From Mobula hypostoma (lineage: Eukaryota): a DNA stretch of 64,000 nt. The position numbers and the translations under genes were made by a program. The DNA lies in assembly GCF_963921235.1 (NCBI RefSeq), contig NC_086097.1:186188001-186252000 (forward strand), given 5' to 3'. Below the pieces are notes generated by a model, which was not told where the DNA came from, did no database searches, and saw only the letters and a program-made list of their open reading frames with translations. This document shows positions 37,975-50,597 of this stretch, piece by piece (position 1 is the stretch's first letter; the number at the start of each line of letters is the position of its first letter).

Positions 37975-38120
37975 GACTGTTCCTCCCACTTTCTCAAGAT
38001 TCAAGGGGTAGCAATGGGTACCCGCATGGGCCCCAGCTATACCTGCCTATTCATTGGATATGCAGAACAGTCTGTGTTCCAAGCCTTCACTGGTAATGCT
38101 CTCCAACTCTTCCTATGCCC
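37975..38120 (+). mobile_element. Penelope RT fragment
   Basis: Manual translation SSHFLKIQGVAMGTRMGPSYTCLFIGYAEQSVFQAF. Confidence 0.88.
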
Positions 38121-38324
38121 ATTATCAAGCAACCATTCACACTAATTCTATTTTCTGCACATTCCCATCAGCTCTTTGTCTGGAGTCTAATACTACAGCT
38201 CGCAACAATGTCTAATGGTTAGTTGACCATTTTTGGTGAAGATAAAGTGGCTGGTGACTGGGTATAAATCAGGAATATATAAAATAATTGACTTAAGCTC
38301 AGAGACACCATGGCTATTTGCATA

Positions 38325-38703
38325 CTCTCATTGAAACCTACCGAATGTTGAAAGAGCTAGATAAGGTGGATGTGGAGAATGTCTCCTCTGGTGGGGATAT
38401 TCAGTACTAGAGGGCACAGCCTCAAATTTGAGGGGCAACCCCTTAGAAATGAAGTAAGGCGGAATTTTTTTAGCCAGAGAGTAGTTAATCTGTGGAGTGC
38501 TCTGCCACAGGCTGCTGCGGAGGCCAAATCAGTGAGTATATTTAAGGCAGAAGTTAAGCTTTTCCTGATTGGCCAGGGAATCAAAAGATATGGTGAGGAG
38601 GTAGGTGTATGGGTTTGAATGGGATCCGGGAAAGGTGGAGCAGACTTGATGGGCTGAATGGCCTAGTTCTGCTCCTGTGTCTTATGGTCTTGTGGTCTTA
38701 TGG
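38325..38703 (+). mobile_element. CR1 3' fragment
   Basis: TRGHSLK...RRNFFSQRVVNLWSALP; (GTCTTATG)n tail. Confidence 0.95.
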
Positions 38704-38994
38704 CAAATAATCAAAGTCAGAATATATTCTTACCCTAATAAGATGGATAAAAAAGAAGGAACTGAAAAATTAACATGAAGCTTATTATCTTAGACCTTAA
38801 AATCATAAGAACTAGGTATAGAAGCAAGACACATGACCGTCCAGGCCTGTCTCCCCACCCCAGCCAAGTCTGTCTATCAAGAATAGCTGATCTGATGTTG
38901 GCATCAGTTCTACTTTCTATTCCCCACAACCCTCAAGTCCCATTTCATACAAAAATCTCTCCATCTCAGCCTTGAAAATATTCAATGGAAGTGT

Positions 38995-39780
38995 GTTTTA
39001 GGAACAGCTTCCTTCCCCGTGCCATCAGAGTTTTGGATGGTCCAGGAACCCATGAACAGGACTTCAGTATTTTTCTTTTGCACTATTTATTTTATTTTTT
39101 ATCGTAACATCGTAATTTTTTATGTTTTGCACGATACAACTGCCACAAAATCAAAATGTTTCACGACATATGCCAGTGATAATAAATGTAATTCTGATGC
39201 TGACTCAGCCACCATGGCTCTCGGGAATAGAGAATTCCAAGAAATCCTTGATCCTCTCGGTCACAAGCAGGTGATCAGTTATTCTGCAACCGATTGCCAG
39301 ATGACACGATAGCCACTACTCTGTACACCGTCCTTACACATCTGGAGAAGAAAGATGCTTATATGAGAATGCTGTTTTTGACTACATTTCAGCATTAAAC
39401 ATCATAATTCCCTCCAGGCTGACAAGAAGCTCAGAGACCTTGGCCTTCACCCTACCCTGTTCGAAGCGTCACTGGGGACCGGAGTCACCCCAACCACAAA
39501 CTGTTCCAGCTGCTACCATCCAGGAAATGGTACCACTGCATCAAAGCCAGGACCAACCGGCTCCGGGACAGCTTCTTCCACCAGGTCATCAGACTGATTA
39601 ATTCATGCTGATGCAATTGTATTTCTATGCTATATTGACTGTCCTTTTGTATATACTATTTATTACAATTTACTATAAATCGCACATTGCACATTTAGAC
39701 GGAGGTGTAATGCAAAGATTTTTACTCCTCATGTATGTGAAGGATGTAAGAAATAAAGTCAATGCAATCCAATTCAATTA
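38995..39780 (+). mobile_element. Two Rex1/Babar 3' fragments nested in an old minus-strand CR1 (~38800-39960)
   Basis: RNSFLP..I with an attctg tail (38995-39205); HLEKKDAYMRMLF..LPSRKWY..RDSFFHQ with a caatt tail (39270-39780). Confidence 0.8.
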
Positions 39781-40069
39781 ACTATCTCCCCTAGTACTAT
39801 TTCCTACTGTTACAAAAGGAAATATTCTCATGAGATTTACCTTGTCAAGAACCCCAGAGAATCCATGCAAAATAGTTGTTCAAGATATCTGCTATTATCC
39901 TCATTCTCATGATAAATTCCCAGAACCATCCTCAATGGGCTTGAGACTCTCTTCATTTGTATATACCTACAGAAACTCTTATTGTAGACTTTTATATTTC
40001 TCTCTCTCGTAATCTATTCTCTCCATCTTCACTTCCCCTAATCTCTCAATTATGACAAGTTTCACAATA

Positions 40070-40522
40070 TAAGACCATAAGATTATAAGACTTAGGAGCA
40101 GAATTAGGCCATTCGGCCCAGTGAGTCTGCTCCACCATTATAAATCATAATGGCTGATTTATTATCCCTTTTTCCCGCCTTCTCCCCATAACCTTTGATC
40201 CTCTGACTAATCAAGAACCTATCAACCTCTGCTTTAAATATACTCACTGACTTGTCCTCGGCAGCCATCCGTGGCAATAAATTCCACAGACTTACCACCC
40301 TCTGGCTAAAGAAATTCCTCTTCATTTATTTTCTAATTGGACATCCCTCTATTCTGAAGCAGTGCCCTCTGGTCTTAGACTCACCAGAAACATCCTCTCC
40401 ACATCCTTTCTGTCTAGGCCTTTCAACATTCAATAGGTTTCAATGAGATCCCCATTCTTATAAACTACAGTGAATACAGGCCTCAAGCCATCAAAAACTC
40501 CTCATACGTTAACCCTTTCATT
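40070..40522 (-). mobile_element. CR1 3' fragment
   Basis: KRNFFSQRVVSLWNLLP; tail taagaccataag at ~40070. Confidence 0.92.
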
Positions 40523-41475
40523 CTGTGGACACAGAAAAGAAACACAGATAGTAGTTTGCCTCCCAGGTGCCAGGGTCTGGGATGATTCTGATCACATCCA
40601 CGACATCCTGAAGTGGGAAGGTGAACAGCCAGAGGTTGTGGTACATATTGGTACCAACGACATAGGTAGGAAAAGGGAGGAGGTCCTGAAAGAAGACTAC
40701 GGGGAGCTAGGAAGGAAGTTGAGAAGCAAGACCACAAAGGTAGTAATCTCGGGATTACTGCCTGTGCCAGATGACAGTGAGTAGAGAAATACAGTGAGAT
40801 GGAGGATAAATGCGTGGCTGAGGGATTGGAGCAGGGGGCAGGGATTCAGATTTCTGGATCATTGGGACCTCTTTTGAGGCAGATGTGACCTGTACAAAAA
40901 GGATGGTTTGCATTTGAATCTGAGGGAGACCAATATCGTGGCAGGGAGGTTTGATAAGGCTATTGGGGAGAGTTTAAACTAGAATTGTTGGGGGTGGGAA
41001 CCGAACTGAAGAAACAGAGGAAGGGGCGGTTGGCTCACAAATTGAAAAGCTTATAGACAGTGTGAGAGGAGGATAGGCAGATAACTGAGAAAGGATATGC
41101 TCAGACTGATGGTTTGAGATGTGACTATTTTAATGCATGAGTATCATGAACAAAGCAGATGAGCTTAGAACTTGGATCAGTACTTGGAGCTACGATGTTG
41201 TGGCCATTACAAAGACTTGGATGGCTCAGGGGCAGGAATGGCTACTTAGAGTGCCAGGCTTTAGATGTTTCAGATAGGATAGGGAGGGAGGCAAAAGAGG
41301 TGGGGCATGGCATTGCTGATCAGAGATAGTGTCACGGCTGCAGAAAAGGAGGAAGTCATGGAGGGATAGTCTACTGAGTCTCTGTGGGTGGAGGTTAGGA
41401 ACAGGTAGGGGTCAATAACTAGGTACTTTTTATAGACCACGCAATAGTAACAGGGACATTGGAGAGCAGATAGGC
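40520..41475 (+). mobile_element. CR1 ORF1 esterase and start of ORF2 endonuclease
   Basis: CLPGARV, VVHIGTNDIG, ISGLLPVP, DGLHLN; YFNA, YRP. Confidence 0.93.
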
Positions 41476-41559
41476 TATAATACCCCAAGACCATGTGTTC
41501 ACTTATGCCCTGAGGTTATCTGCCTTACTCATCAGGCTTATTGCATTAAAATAAATGCA

Positions 41560-42350
41560 CATTAGTCTATTACACCTTATTGCTCCGTCTTTTTCAGGTC
41601 TGTCCGGCCTAATGCACTTTCAAAACTTTCATATTTGCTTCATATTTCCGGTCTGATACACTCTCCTTAGAGTCCCACCTTTTTGTCGGTTTAGCTTAAG
41701 CCCTCAGTAACACTAGCAAATCTTTCAACCATGACATTGACTTCCACCAGTTCAGATACAACCCATCCCTCTTGTATGGATCACTACTGCCCCAGAAGAT
41801 ATCCCAGTGGTCCAAGAAATTGAATCCCTCCCACACCAGCTCTTCAGCTACACATTTATTTGCCTTTTCCTCCTATTGTTATTGTACCTTTGTGTGTTGT
41901 ACGGCAGTATCCAGAAATTACAACACTAGAGGTTCTGTTTTTAACTTTTGGCCCAATTCCTTATATTCACTCCCTATATTACTTCACCCTCTTTTCTTCC
42001 AGTGTCCTTTGTACCAACGTGTACAACAACCTGGGCTGCTGCTGCCCTGCTTGAGAATGTTCTACAACTGCTCGGAGACATCCACGATTCTGGCAACCAG
42101 CAGGCAATACATCATCCTAGAGTCTCGTTCACAGCCACAAAATCCACTCTCTGACCCCCTATCCCTGCAGCTCCCTTTGTCTCCCATTCTCTGCAGCAGG
42201 ACCAGTTATGGCACCTCAGACCCGGCTGCAATTGCCGCTCTCCTTCGAAGGAAATGTGCATAGGGGAATCCTGTACTTCCTCCTTGCCTACCCCTTCTGT
42301 CATTCCTGATGGTCACTAACTACCAGTTTCTCGTACCTGTGGAATGACCA
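41560..42350 (-). mobile_element. Older CR1 ORF1 esterase fragment
   Basis: Reverse complement encodes CLLVARI, VVVHVGTK, VVISG, DGLYLN-like motifs. Confidence 0.75.
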
Positions 42351-43120
42351 TCCCAATGCATTAGACCATTATTTATTGATTTCAGTTCTCTCCTTCAATA
42401 CCACGATTCTAAGCAAGCTCATCTCCATACACCAGGACGTAGATCTCAACACCTCTCTTTGCAGCTGGATTTTTGCCTTCCTGGCCATCAGAGCTCAGCC
42501 TGTAAGGACAGGCAGCAAAAGCTCTGCATGACTATCCCCAATACTGGTGTCCTACAAGGCTGTACCCTAAGACCTCTACTTTACTCCTGATACTCTCACG
42601 ACAATGTGGTGAGATTTGGCTCTACTTCCATCTACAGTTTTGAAAATGACACTACCGTAGTGCTGCTTCTCAAATAATGATCAGTTAGAGTACAGGACGG
42701 AGACAGAGAGCCCAGATGTGTGATGTCATGACAACAACTTTTCCCCCAGTCAGCAAGACAGAACTGCTGGTCAAGAGGTTGGTGCAGTGGTGCTGAGGTG
42801 AAAAGGGTTAGGAGCTTCAAGTTGTTAGAAATGAAAACCATCACTAGCCTGTCCTGGTCTAATCGTGCAAGCACCACAGCCAAGCAAGCTTAGCTAGGCA
42901 TCTACTCCTTTAGGGGGCTAAAGATGTTCCATATGCTTTCTTTGATCCACACCAATTTTGATCGATGCACCATAGAAAGTATCTTGTACAGACACATCAG
43001 AGCTTGGAATGGCAACTACTCTGCCCATGATCTCAAGAAACTGCAGAAAATTGTGGAGACAGCTCAGCGCATCACAGCAATCTGCCTCCCCTCCACGGAC
43101 ATTGTCGAGGTTTCCCACTT

Positions 43121-44072
43121 GGGCACCACGGTAGCGCAGTGGTTAGTGCAACACTATAACAGATCAAGGCATCGGAGTTTGGAGTTCACTCGCAGTGTCC
43201 TCTGCAAGGAGTTAGTATGTCAAGATTCCAGTCAAGATGACTCCAGCCAACAATGCTGTCTCGGGTGACATCTTCCAGATAGTGCACAGGACTTTCTTTC
43301 ACTTCTTTTAAGTCTTATTTTTATTTTAAGTGTGTTTCTGGTGCTGTTGGAGCCTGTGAATTACAGTTTGAAGATCGATTGAGCGACCTGGCACTTTGCT
43401 ATCTCTGAGAAAATTCCAGGAGGCAAGCGGCCTTGAGCCTAGAAGCTTAGAGGCGCATGCCCACCATGGATTCCATGTCTTGCTGATTAAAGCGTCGAGC
43501 AAGACTGAAACATCGAGGTGAGTGCAGAAGGGGTTGAGTGCTCAGTGCCGTCTACCAGCTTCTCACTCGCTGCTGCTGGAGAGAAGTGTTTGTATCTGAT
43601 TGTCTCTTACTCGCTGCTCCTGAGTTTGTTTGGTCTCTTTCTCCCTTAATGCTGTCAGATGATAGTACCAAAGTTCTGGGTCGGCGATTTATGGATAAGA
43701 CTGTAGTTCAATTTCAGTGGCATGATTTTTGTTTTTTTCGTGCTGCGGGGGGGGGGAGGTGTGGTGGGTTGACGTTTTTTTAACTGCATGCTTTTCATTG
43801 TTTCATGGCTGTCTGGAGAAGGCAAGTCTCAGAGTTATATACTGCAAACATACTTTGAAAATAAATGTACCTTAAACCTTGAACCTTGAAGTTTGAAAGT
43901 CCTCCCCATGGGATGCATGGATTTCCTCCCACAATCCAAAGGCATACTGGTTAACAGATTAATTGGTCATCGTAACTTGTCTAGGCTAGGGGTAGATCGT
44001 GAGTTGCTGGCAGCTTGGCTCGAAGGGCTGGTAGGGCCTATTCCATGTTGTATCTACAAATGAAAAAAAATA
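43121..44072 (+). mobile_element. V-SINE (HE1-like), split by an insertion
   Basis: Head ggtagcgcagtggttag...ggagttca (43121-43221); V-domain and tail 43890-44072. Confidence 0.85.
43222..43889 (+). mobile_element. Non-coding non-autonomous retroposon (copy B of the 19911 family)
   Basis: gtcaagatga head, shared blocks, aataaa plus (ccttgaa)n tail; imperfect ~12-bp TSD agttagtatgtc / agtttgaaagtc. Confidence 0.78.
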
Positions 44073-45513
44073 AAGCAGCAGAAGATTCAAAGACCCCACC
44101 CACCACAGACATTCTCTTTTCTCCCTCCTCTCAGTAGAAAAAAAGTAGAAAAATCTAAAACCACATACCCACAGGCTTGAGGACAGCTTCTAACCTACTG
44201 TTAGACTATTGTACAATAAGATGGACCTCACATGCTACTTTGCTGGCACTGCAATTTCTCCGCAGCTGTGAAGTTTTATTGCACTTTCTGTTCTTGTTTT
44301 CTCCTGTATTACTTTAATGCATTGTTGTAATGAAATAATCTGAATGGATTGAGGGTAAAAACAAAGTTTTTCACTGATCCTCGGTACATAAGACAATAAT
44401 AAACTCATTCCAATTCTAATTTTAAAGCTGCTGTGTATTTAATATTTCAGTAATATTTGAGTAATATTGTAAATGTATTATTTGATTAGGCATTCTTTGT
44501 TTAAATAATTCATTTTGGATTATATGTAAAAGTACGTAAATGGCATACGTCATTACACCACCTCGGCGTATGTGCGCGCCTCACGAATGGTAAAAATAAA
44601 GTAGCCACGTTTATCACTGTGTTTTTCTTGTTATTAATTTCTGAAGTTATAAAGCATAACGGTTTATTCTAAAACTTAATTAAAATAAAACTGAGATGAC
44701 TACCTGTTGACATGCAGCGAAACAATTGAGAAACAGTACTTTTTTTCTTCGCAAGAGAAGAGAGTTAATAAAAAAGAAGAAAATGGACAAAATTCACAGG
44801 TTCATAAACAATGAGATCCAAGTGATAATACTAATAAATAAAAACAGAAATATTTGGCTACATTGGAAAGATAGATTCATTTGATTGCAAATCAAGCGAA
44901 TCGAGCAATATTTTGAAACAAATGAGATTGCCAGTGAAAATTGAGTGCTAGTGTTACTGAGTGCAACAGTTGGAAAAGCATACAGTTTGCTTAGAAGATT
45001 AACTGCTCCAACCAAACCAGTCAAAATGAACTTTGCTGATATTGTGAAAGTAAGGCAGGAATTTTAGAACTGAAATCATTGTCGATTGCAGAATGGTTCC
45101 GGTTTCATAAGTAGAATCTATAGGAAGGCGAGTCCATTTCAGTGTACGTAGCTGAATTGAAGAGGTTGTCTGAACATTGTCAGTTCAGTAATGGACTTAA
45201 TGATGCATGGAGAGTTCATTTAGTTTGTGGAATCTTACAAGAAAACATTGAAAATGGCTTCTAACTGAAGCACAACTCACATTTAAAAGAGCACTTGTAA
45301 TTGCTGTATCAATGGAAACAGCAGAGGGATTCAATTGAGTTGCAGTGGAATGAAATTGAGCATGAACAAAATTGCAACATCTGAACAGAAACCAGCCTGG
45401 CTGAACAAATTGTGTTACCATTGTGGCAGGGACTTAGGTACACCAGACTAATGCAGGTTTAAAGGTGAAACCTGCAGAAAATGCACAAAGGTAGGACACA
45501 TACAAAGAGTATG

Positions 45514-45964
45514 GAAGTTGTCCTGTCTAAGAACGGAAGAAACGCAGAAGATCTTGAACACAGACCAATGTTCTGTCCTTGGACTCACTTTACACCGCAT
45601 GCTGTCAGAGCAGTGCTGCCAGGATAATCAAGGACACGACCCAGCCAGCCAACATACTTTTCGTCCCTCTCCCCTCTGGGAGAAGGCTCAGGAGCTTGAA
45701 GACTTTGGGAACAGCCTCTTTCCAACTGTGATGAGACTGCTGAACAGATCCTGACCCAGATCTGGACCATACCCTCCAAATATACGGACCTGCCTCTCGG
45801 TTTTTTTGCACTACCTTACTTTCCCTTTTCAATTTTCTATTTTTGAGTTGTAATTTAAACTTTTAATATTTGCTATCGATTTGTACTCAGGGGAGTGCGA
45901 AACGCAGAATCAAATATCGCTGTGATGATTGTACGCTCTAGTATCACTTGTTTGGCGACAATAA
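45514..45964 (+). mobile_element. Rex1/Babar 3' fragment inserted in Gypsy gag
   Basis: IIKDTTQPA..F.PLP.GRR..NSLFP; ends ggcgacaataaa; agtatg on both sides. Confidence 0.85.
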
Positions 45965-46603
45965 AGTATGTCAATCTTACAAAAATAAATGGACTGCACA
46001 GGGAAGAGAAAAGTTAAGAAGTCAAGTGACAGTTTAAAAAAAGCACTAATCTGCATGCTGTTGATGAAAAATCTGATAATGATGAGAGTGATGCAGGTCT
46101 GGGTAGTGTGAAATCTAACAAAGAAGCAATATAGTTTACACCAGAAGTGATCAGTGAATTAATTAAAATGGAATTGGACACTGGTTTGATTGTTTCATTT
46201 ATTCCACAAAATGAATTTAAACGGCATTTCAGAGATACCAAACTGAAGCCTGCAGATATCCAGCTAAGAACTTATACTGGAGAAAAGATGACTTCTGTGA
46301 GAATGACATTCATAACAGTGAAATATAACACCTAGCAAGCCACATTGCGTGTGGTAAAAACAGGAGGGCCAGCATTGTGGGACTGAGATTGGCTGAGATG
46401 ACTAAATGTTGATTGGAGATCCATCAACATTTGCATGTCACATCCCCTGCAGCAGAGCCAAATGAAAGTGAATTAAGAAAGGTGCTGGACAATGCCACAA
46501 CAGTGTTCAAGGATGGCACTGGAAAATTCAAACCTATCAAGGATAAAATAGTGTTAAATGAAGGTACCATACCCAAGTTTACAAAGTCCTTCTTGTTCCT
46601 TAT

Positions 46604-47001
46604 CATTCTTTTGTCCATTATTGCCATGTCATATCATGAAGGTGATCATGGTCTTTCCATGACCATGATTGTTCTTGACAAATTTTCCGAAGGAATTGGT
46701 TTGCCATTGCCTTCTTCTGGGCAGTGTCTTTACAAGGCAGGTGACCTCAGCCATTATCAATACTCTTCAGAGTCTGTCTGCCTGGCATCAGTAGTCTTAT
46801 AACCAGGACTTGTGATATGCACGTGCTGCTCATATGACCATCCACCACCTGCTCCCATGGCTTCATTTGACCCTAATTGGTGGGTGGGGGGGTTGCTAAG
46901 CAGGCACTACACTTTGTCCACGTGTGACCTGCAGGCTAGCAGAGGGAAGGAGTGCCTTACACCTCCCTTGGTAGAGACATATCTCCACCCTGCCATCCAA
47001 G
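46604..47001 (-). mobile_element. ~400-bp non-tRNA retroposon with RTE/Bov-A-like segment, inserted in Gypsy pol
   Basis: TSD gttccttat (46595-46603) / gttcattat (47002-47010); minus strand contains agaagaaggcaatggcaaacca. Confidence 0.8.
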
Positions 47002-47496
47002 GTTCATTATACATCCATGACAAAGTAACCAATGAGCTAGAATGCATGGAGTCTGAAGGAATTCCTCCCAAGTTTGCGTGGCACCCATGGGTAACATCAG
47101 TGGTCCCGGTAGCTAAGAAGAATGGGTCTGTCAGGATCCATTGTGATTTTATGGTCACCATTAACCTAGTACTGAAAATAGATCAGGATAGAGAATATCT
47201 TTGCAAACCTTTCTGGAGGGAAATACTTCAGCAAAGTGGACTTATCTGAGTCTCCCCTGCAGATGCAGATGGAAGAGGGATACAAAGTCCTTCTCACCAA
47301 AAACACTCACTGAGGGCTTTATTACTATAATAGGTATATTTTCGGAGTAACATCTGCACCTGCAATCTTGCAGAAAGTTCTGGTCCAGGTGCTGCAAGGC
47401 TGCCCAGGCACTCAGTGTTACCTAAATGGCATCACTGTTACCGGTAAGGATGACAAGGAACATCTCCAAAATCCAAAGACTAGTGTTAAACATGGT

Positions 47497-47755
47497 ATGG
47501 CAGCACTGTAGTTAGCATCTCACTTTACAGTACTAGTGACCTGGGTTCAATTGCCGCCTCTGCCTGTTAGGTGTTTGTGCATTTTCCCTGTGACTGCGTG
47601 GATTTCTTCTCACAGCCCAAAGGCCTCCCGTTAGTAGGTTAATTGGTCATTGTAAATTATTACATAATTGGGCTATGATTAAATCAGGGGTTGCTGGGCC
47701 GCACAGCTTGAAGGACTGGACGGGCCTTCTCCATACTGTATCTCAATAAATAAGT
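47497..47755 (+). mobile_element. V-SINE (HE1-like)
   Basis: B box gggttcaattg, V-domain, (AATA)n tail. Confidence 0.85.
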
Positions 47756-48054
47756 AATAAAATACACATTTACTGCAGACAGAATTAGCAGGAACACAGG
47801 AAGTTTCCTAATTTTCCACAGTCTGAAGGAGGAGCATGTGACTGACTTAACCGTCATCTATAAACTCACTGAAAATACAAAGGAAAGTAAGAGATCTTAC
47901 TACATTTATGTTACCACTGCTCAGCCTCCTTTTCAAAGCCTCAGACACAATACTTCAGTCTCAATACAGCCACTCTCACAGTGGTCACTGTACTATAGCT
48001 TAGCTCTTTTCAGACAACTCTTTTCCATTCTTGCAAATGGTACCAGGCTGAAAT

Positions 48055-49080
48055 GAACAAACTCTTCACAGCGAATGGTGGGTGCATAGAATGAACTGCC
48101 AGAGGAGGTGGAAGAGGCAGGTAAAATTACAATTTTTAAAAGTTATTTGGTCAAGGTACCTGGATAGCAGAGGTTTATAAAGGGAAATGGGCAAACACTG
48201 ACAAGTAAATATAGAACAGTACAGCACAAGAACAAGTTCTTTGACCCATGGAGTCTGTGTCAACCATGATGCTAATTTAAACTAGTCCCTTCTAACTACA
48301 TATGGTTTATTTATCTCTTGCCGCATGAATCTCCAAAGCCCATCAGGTTCCTTATCGTTCTGTTGTTTGTTATTGATGTGTTGTTTCACAAAGGGTCCTG
48401 CCAAAGGGTCTCAGACTGAAACATCGACTGTACTTCTTTCCATAGATGCTGCCTGGCCTGCTGAGTTCCTCCAGCATTTTGTGTGTGTTGCTTGGATTTC
48501 CAGCATCTGCAGGTTGTCTCTTGTTTGCCATGGATCTCACTTCTACTTTTTCCCTCATCTTAAATCTATGCCTTCTAGTATTTGACATTTCCATCCTGAG
48601 AACAAGACTGTGACTGCTTCCTCTATCTAGGCTTTTCTTTATCTATGCGCATACTCTATCTATTCCTGATATCTATGGCTTCTAGTATTTGACATTTCCA
48701 TCTAGAGAATATAACTCTGACTGTTTACTCTATCTCTGCTTTTCATAGTTTTATATATTTCAAGTCTGAACTCAGCCTCCCCTATTGCAGAGGAAACAAT
48801 CCAAGATTAGACCTTATATTAGCTCACTTTAGGGCAAATATTATCTAATACAGGCACCTTTTGCACCCTCTTCAAAAACTGTACATCCTTCCTGTAAAAT
48901 GGCAACCAAAACTGCAGATTTTTTATACAGCTGCCACAGCAGTTCCCAATTTTTATAATCAATGTGCCTAATGATAAAGGCAAATATGCTGTACACCTTG
49001 TTTACTACCCTACCTACTTGTGTTGCTGTTTTCAGGGAGCTATGAACTTGAACCCCAAAAAGCATTTCTACTCTTCAGGG
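48055..49080. mobile_element. Tail-to-tail old CR1 3' fragments (plus 48055-48215; minus 48210-49080)
   Basis: ttcacagcgaatggtgggtgcatagaatgaactgccag; minus ORF GVQVHSSLKTATQVGRVVNK. Confidence 0.75.
48392..48527 (+). mobile_element. Penelope pseudo-LTR with degenerate hammerhead
   Basis: gtcCTGCCAAagggtctcagactGAAAcatcgac...gatgctgcctggcctgctgagttcctccagc. Confidence 0.88.
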
Positions 49081-49519
49081 CCTTGACATGGAACCATATC
49101 CATCATGTGTCAATGGGATTAGCATAACTGGACATCTTGTTAAACATGGATAGTTGTTTCTATATTATATAACTTCTGAATGCAACATGGCTTTACTTGA
49201 TATTTTATATCATTTTTGATTTCTTTGATTAATTTTGGGTAGTTCATCCTCCTCACTGAGACTTTCTTTCTCAGTGGATTATATTTTTGTTTGGAATTAT
49301 GAAATCTCTACTTAAACATCCACCACTGTTATTTAATGTCTTACTTTTTAATCTATTTTTCCATTTAATATTAGCCAAACTGACATTTCATCTGGATCTG
49401 TCTTATTAATGCTATTATCTCACCCACAATTATGAGCCACCCTATCTTGTTCTTTCTACTGTCCTTTTATAATATTTAGTTCTCAGCCTTGGTGACTTTG
49501 CAATTATGTCTCTGTAAAA

Positions 49520-49835
49520 TCAGTCATAACCTACTTTTCAGCCCTTTACTTCTTCCACCCATCACCTCCTAGCTTCTCATTTCATTTCCCCATCTCCCAC
49601 AAATCTACCTGATTCCCCCCTCACCTGATTTCGCCTGTCACTTGACAACTTGTACTCCTTGCCCTCCTCCTACTGTCCTTGCTCCCCCCTGCTTCCTTTC
49701 CAGTCCTGATGAAAGTCTTGGCACAAAATATCAACTTTTTATTCCTCTCCACAGATGCTGCCTGGCCTGCTGAGGTCCCCAGCATCTTGTTTGTTGCTCT
49801 GAATTTCCAGCATTTACAGAACCTCTTGTGTTCAA
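49520..49835 (+). mobile_element. Penelope 3' UTR and pseudo-LTR
   Basis: CT-rich UTR; agtcCTGATGAaagtcttggcacaaaatatcaac. Confidence 0.85.
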
Positions 49836-49836
49836 G

Positions 49837-50597
49837 AGATCCTGCTTTTTCTGGCGGACGGAGTGTAGGTGCTTGGCGAAGCAGTCTCTCAATCTGCGTC
49901 GGGTTTCACCGATATGCAAGAGGTCACACCAGCTGCACCAGGTACAATAAGTGACCCCAACAGACTTCCAGGACGGGTAACACTGCACCTGTGAGTCTGT
50001 TGGGGTCATCTATTGTATGTCCGCCAGAAAAAACGGGATCTCCCTGTGGCCACCCATTTTAATTCCCATTCCCATTCCGACATGTCCATCCATGGCCTCC
50101 TCTACTGTTGCGATGAGGCCACACTCAGGTTGGAGGAACATCTCATATTCTGTCTGATAGCATGAACATCGATTTCTCAAACTTTCAGTAATGCCCCACT
50201 CCCCTTCTCTAGTCCCCATCCCCTTTTCCCTCTCACCTCATCTCCTTGCCCGCCCATCACCTCCTTCTGGTGGCCCTCACCCTTTTGCTTTCTTCCATGG
50301 CCTTCGGTCCCCTCCTATGAGATTTCTCCTTCTCCAGCCTGTATCTCTTTCACCAATCAACTTCCCGGCTCTTTACTTCACCCCTCTCCCTCCCAGTTTC
50401 ACCTTGTCATCTTGGGTTTCTTCCTCTCCTCCCTTCGAACTCTGACTCCTCATTTTTTCCTCCAGTCCCACTGAAGAGTCTCAGTCCGAAACATTGACTG
50501 TACTCTTTTCCATAGATGCTGCCTGGCCTGAAGAGTTCCTTCAGAATTTTGTGTGTGTTGCTTGGATTTCCAGCATCTGCAGATTTTCTCTAGTTTG
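49837..50597 (+). mobile_element. Penelope element with inverted GIY-YIG segment at its 5' end
   Basis: Minus ORF YCTWCSWCDLLHIGETRRRLRDCFAKHL; plus-strand PVATHFNS, LEEHLIFCL, UTR and pseudo-LTR; TSD cctctt(g/a)tgttcaag at 49822-49836 and 50598-50612. Confidence 0.92.

Larger units (their letters stand above)
42360..44420 (+). mobile_element. Rex1/Babar LINE, interrupted at ~43120-44072 by a SINE that itself contains a retroposon
   Basis: FIDFSSL, WIFAFL, QGC, RCTIESILY..AWNGN; resumes with caaagaccccacccacc...aggacagcttc; ccaatt tail. Confidence 0.85.
44429..47490 (+). mobile_element. Ty3/Gypsy LTR retrotransposon (Mag-like), decayed and 3'-truncated; 5' LTR 44429-44661
   Basis: gag IEQYFETNEI..AYSLLRRLTAPTKP, two CCHC remnants (CYHCG, CRKC..VGH), protease MELDTG, RT VVPVAKKNGSVRIHCDF, FGVTSAPA, YLNGI (YLDD-like). 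Confidence 0.92.

Noticed and set aside
48570..48740. ~107-bp-spaced direct repeat cttctagtatttgacatttccatc
   Set aside because: Simple local duplication inside an old CR1 fragment
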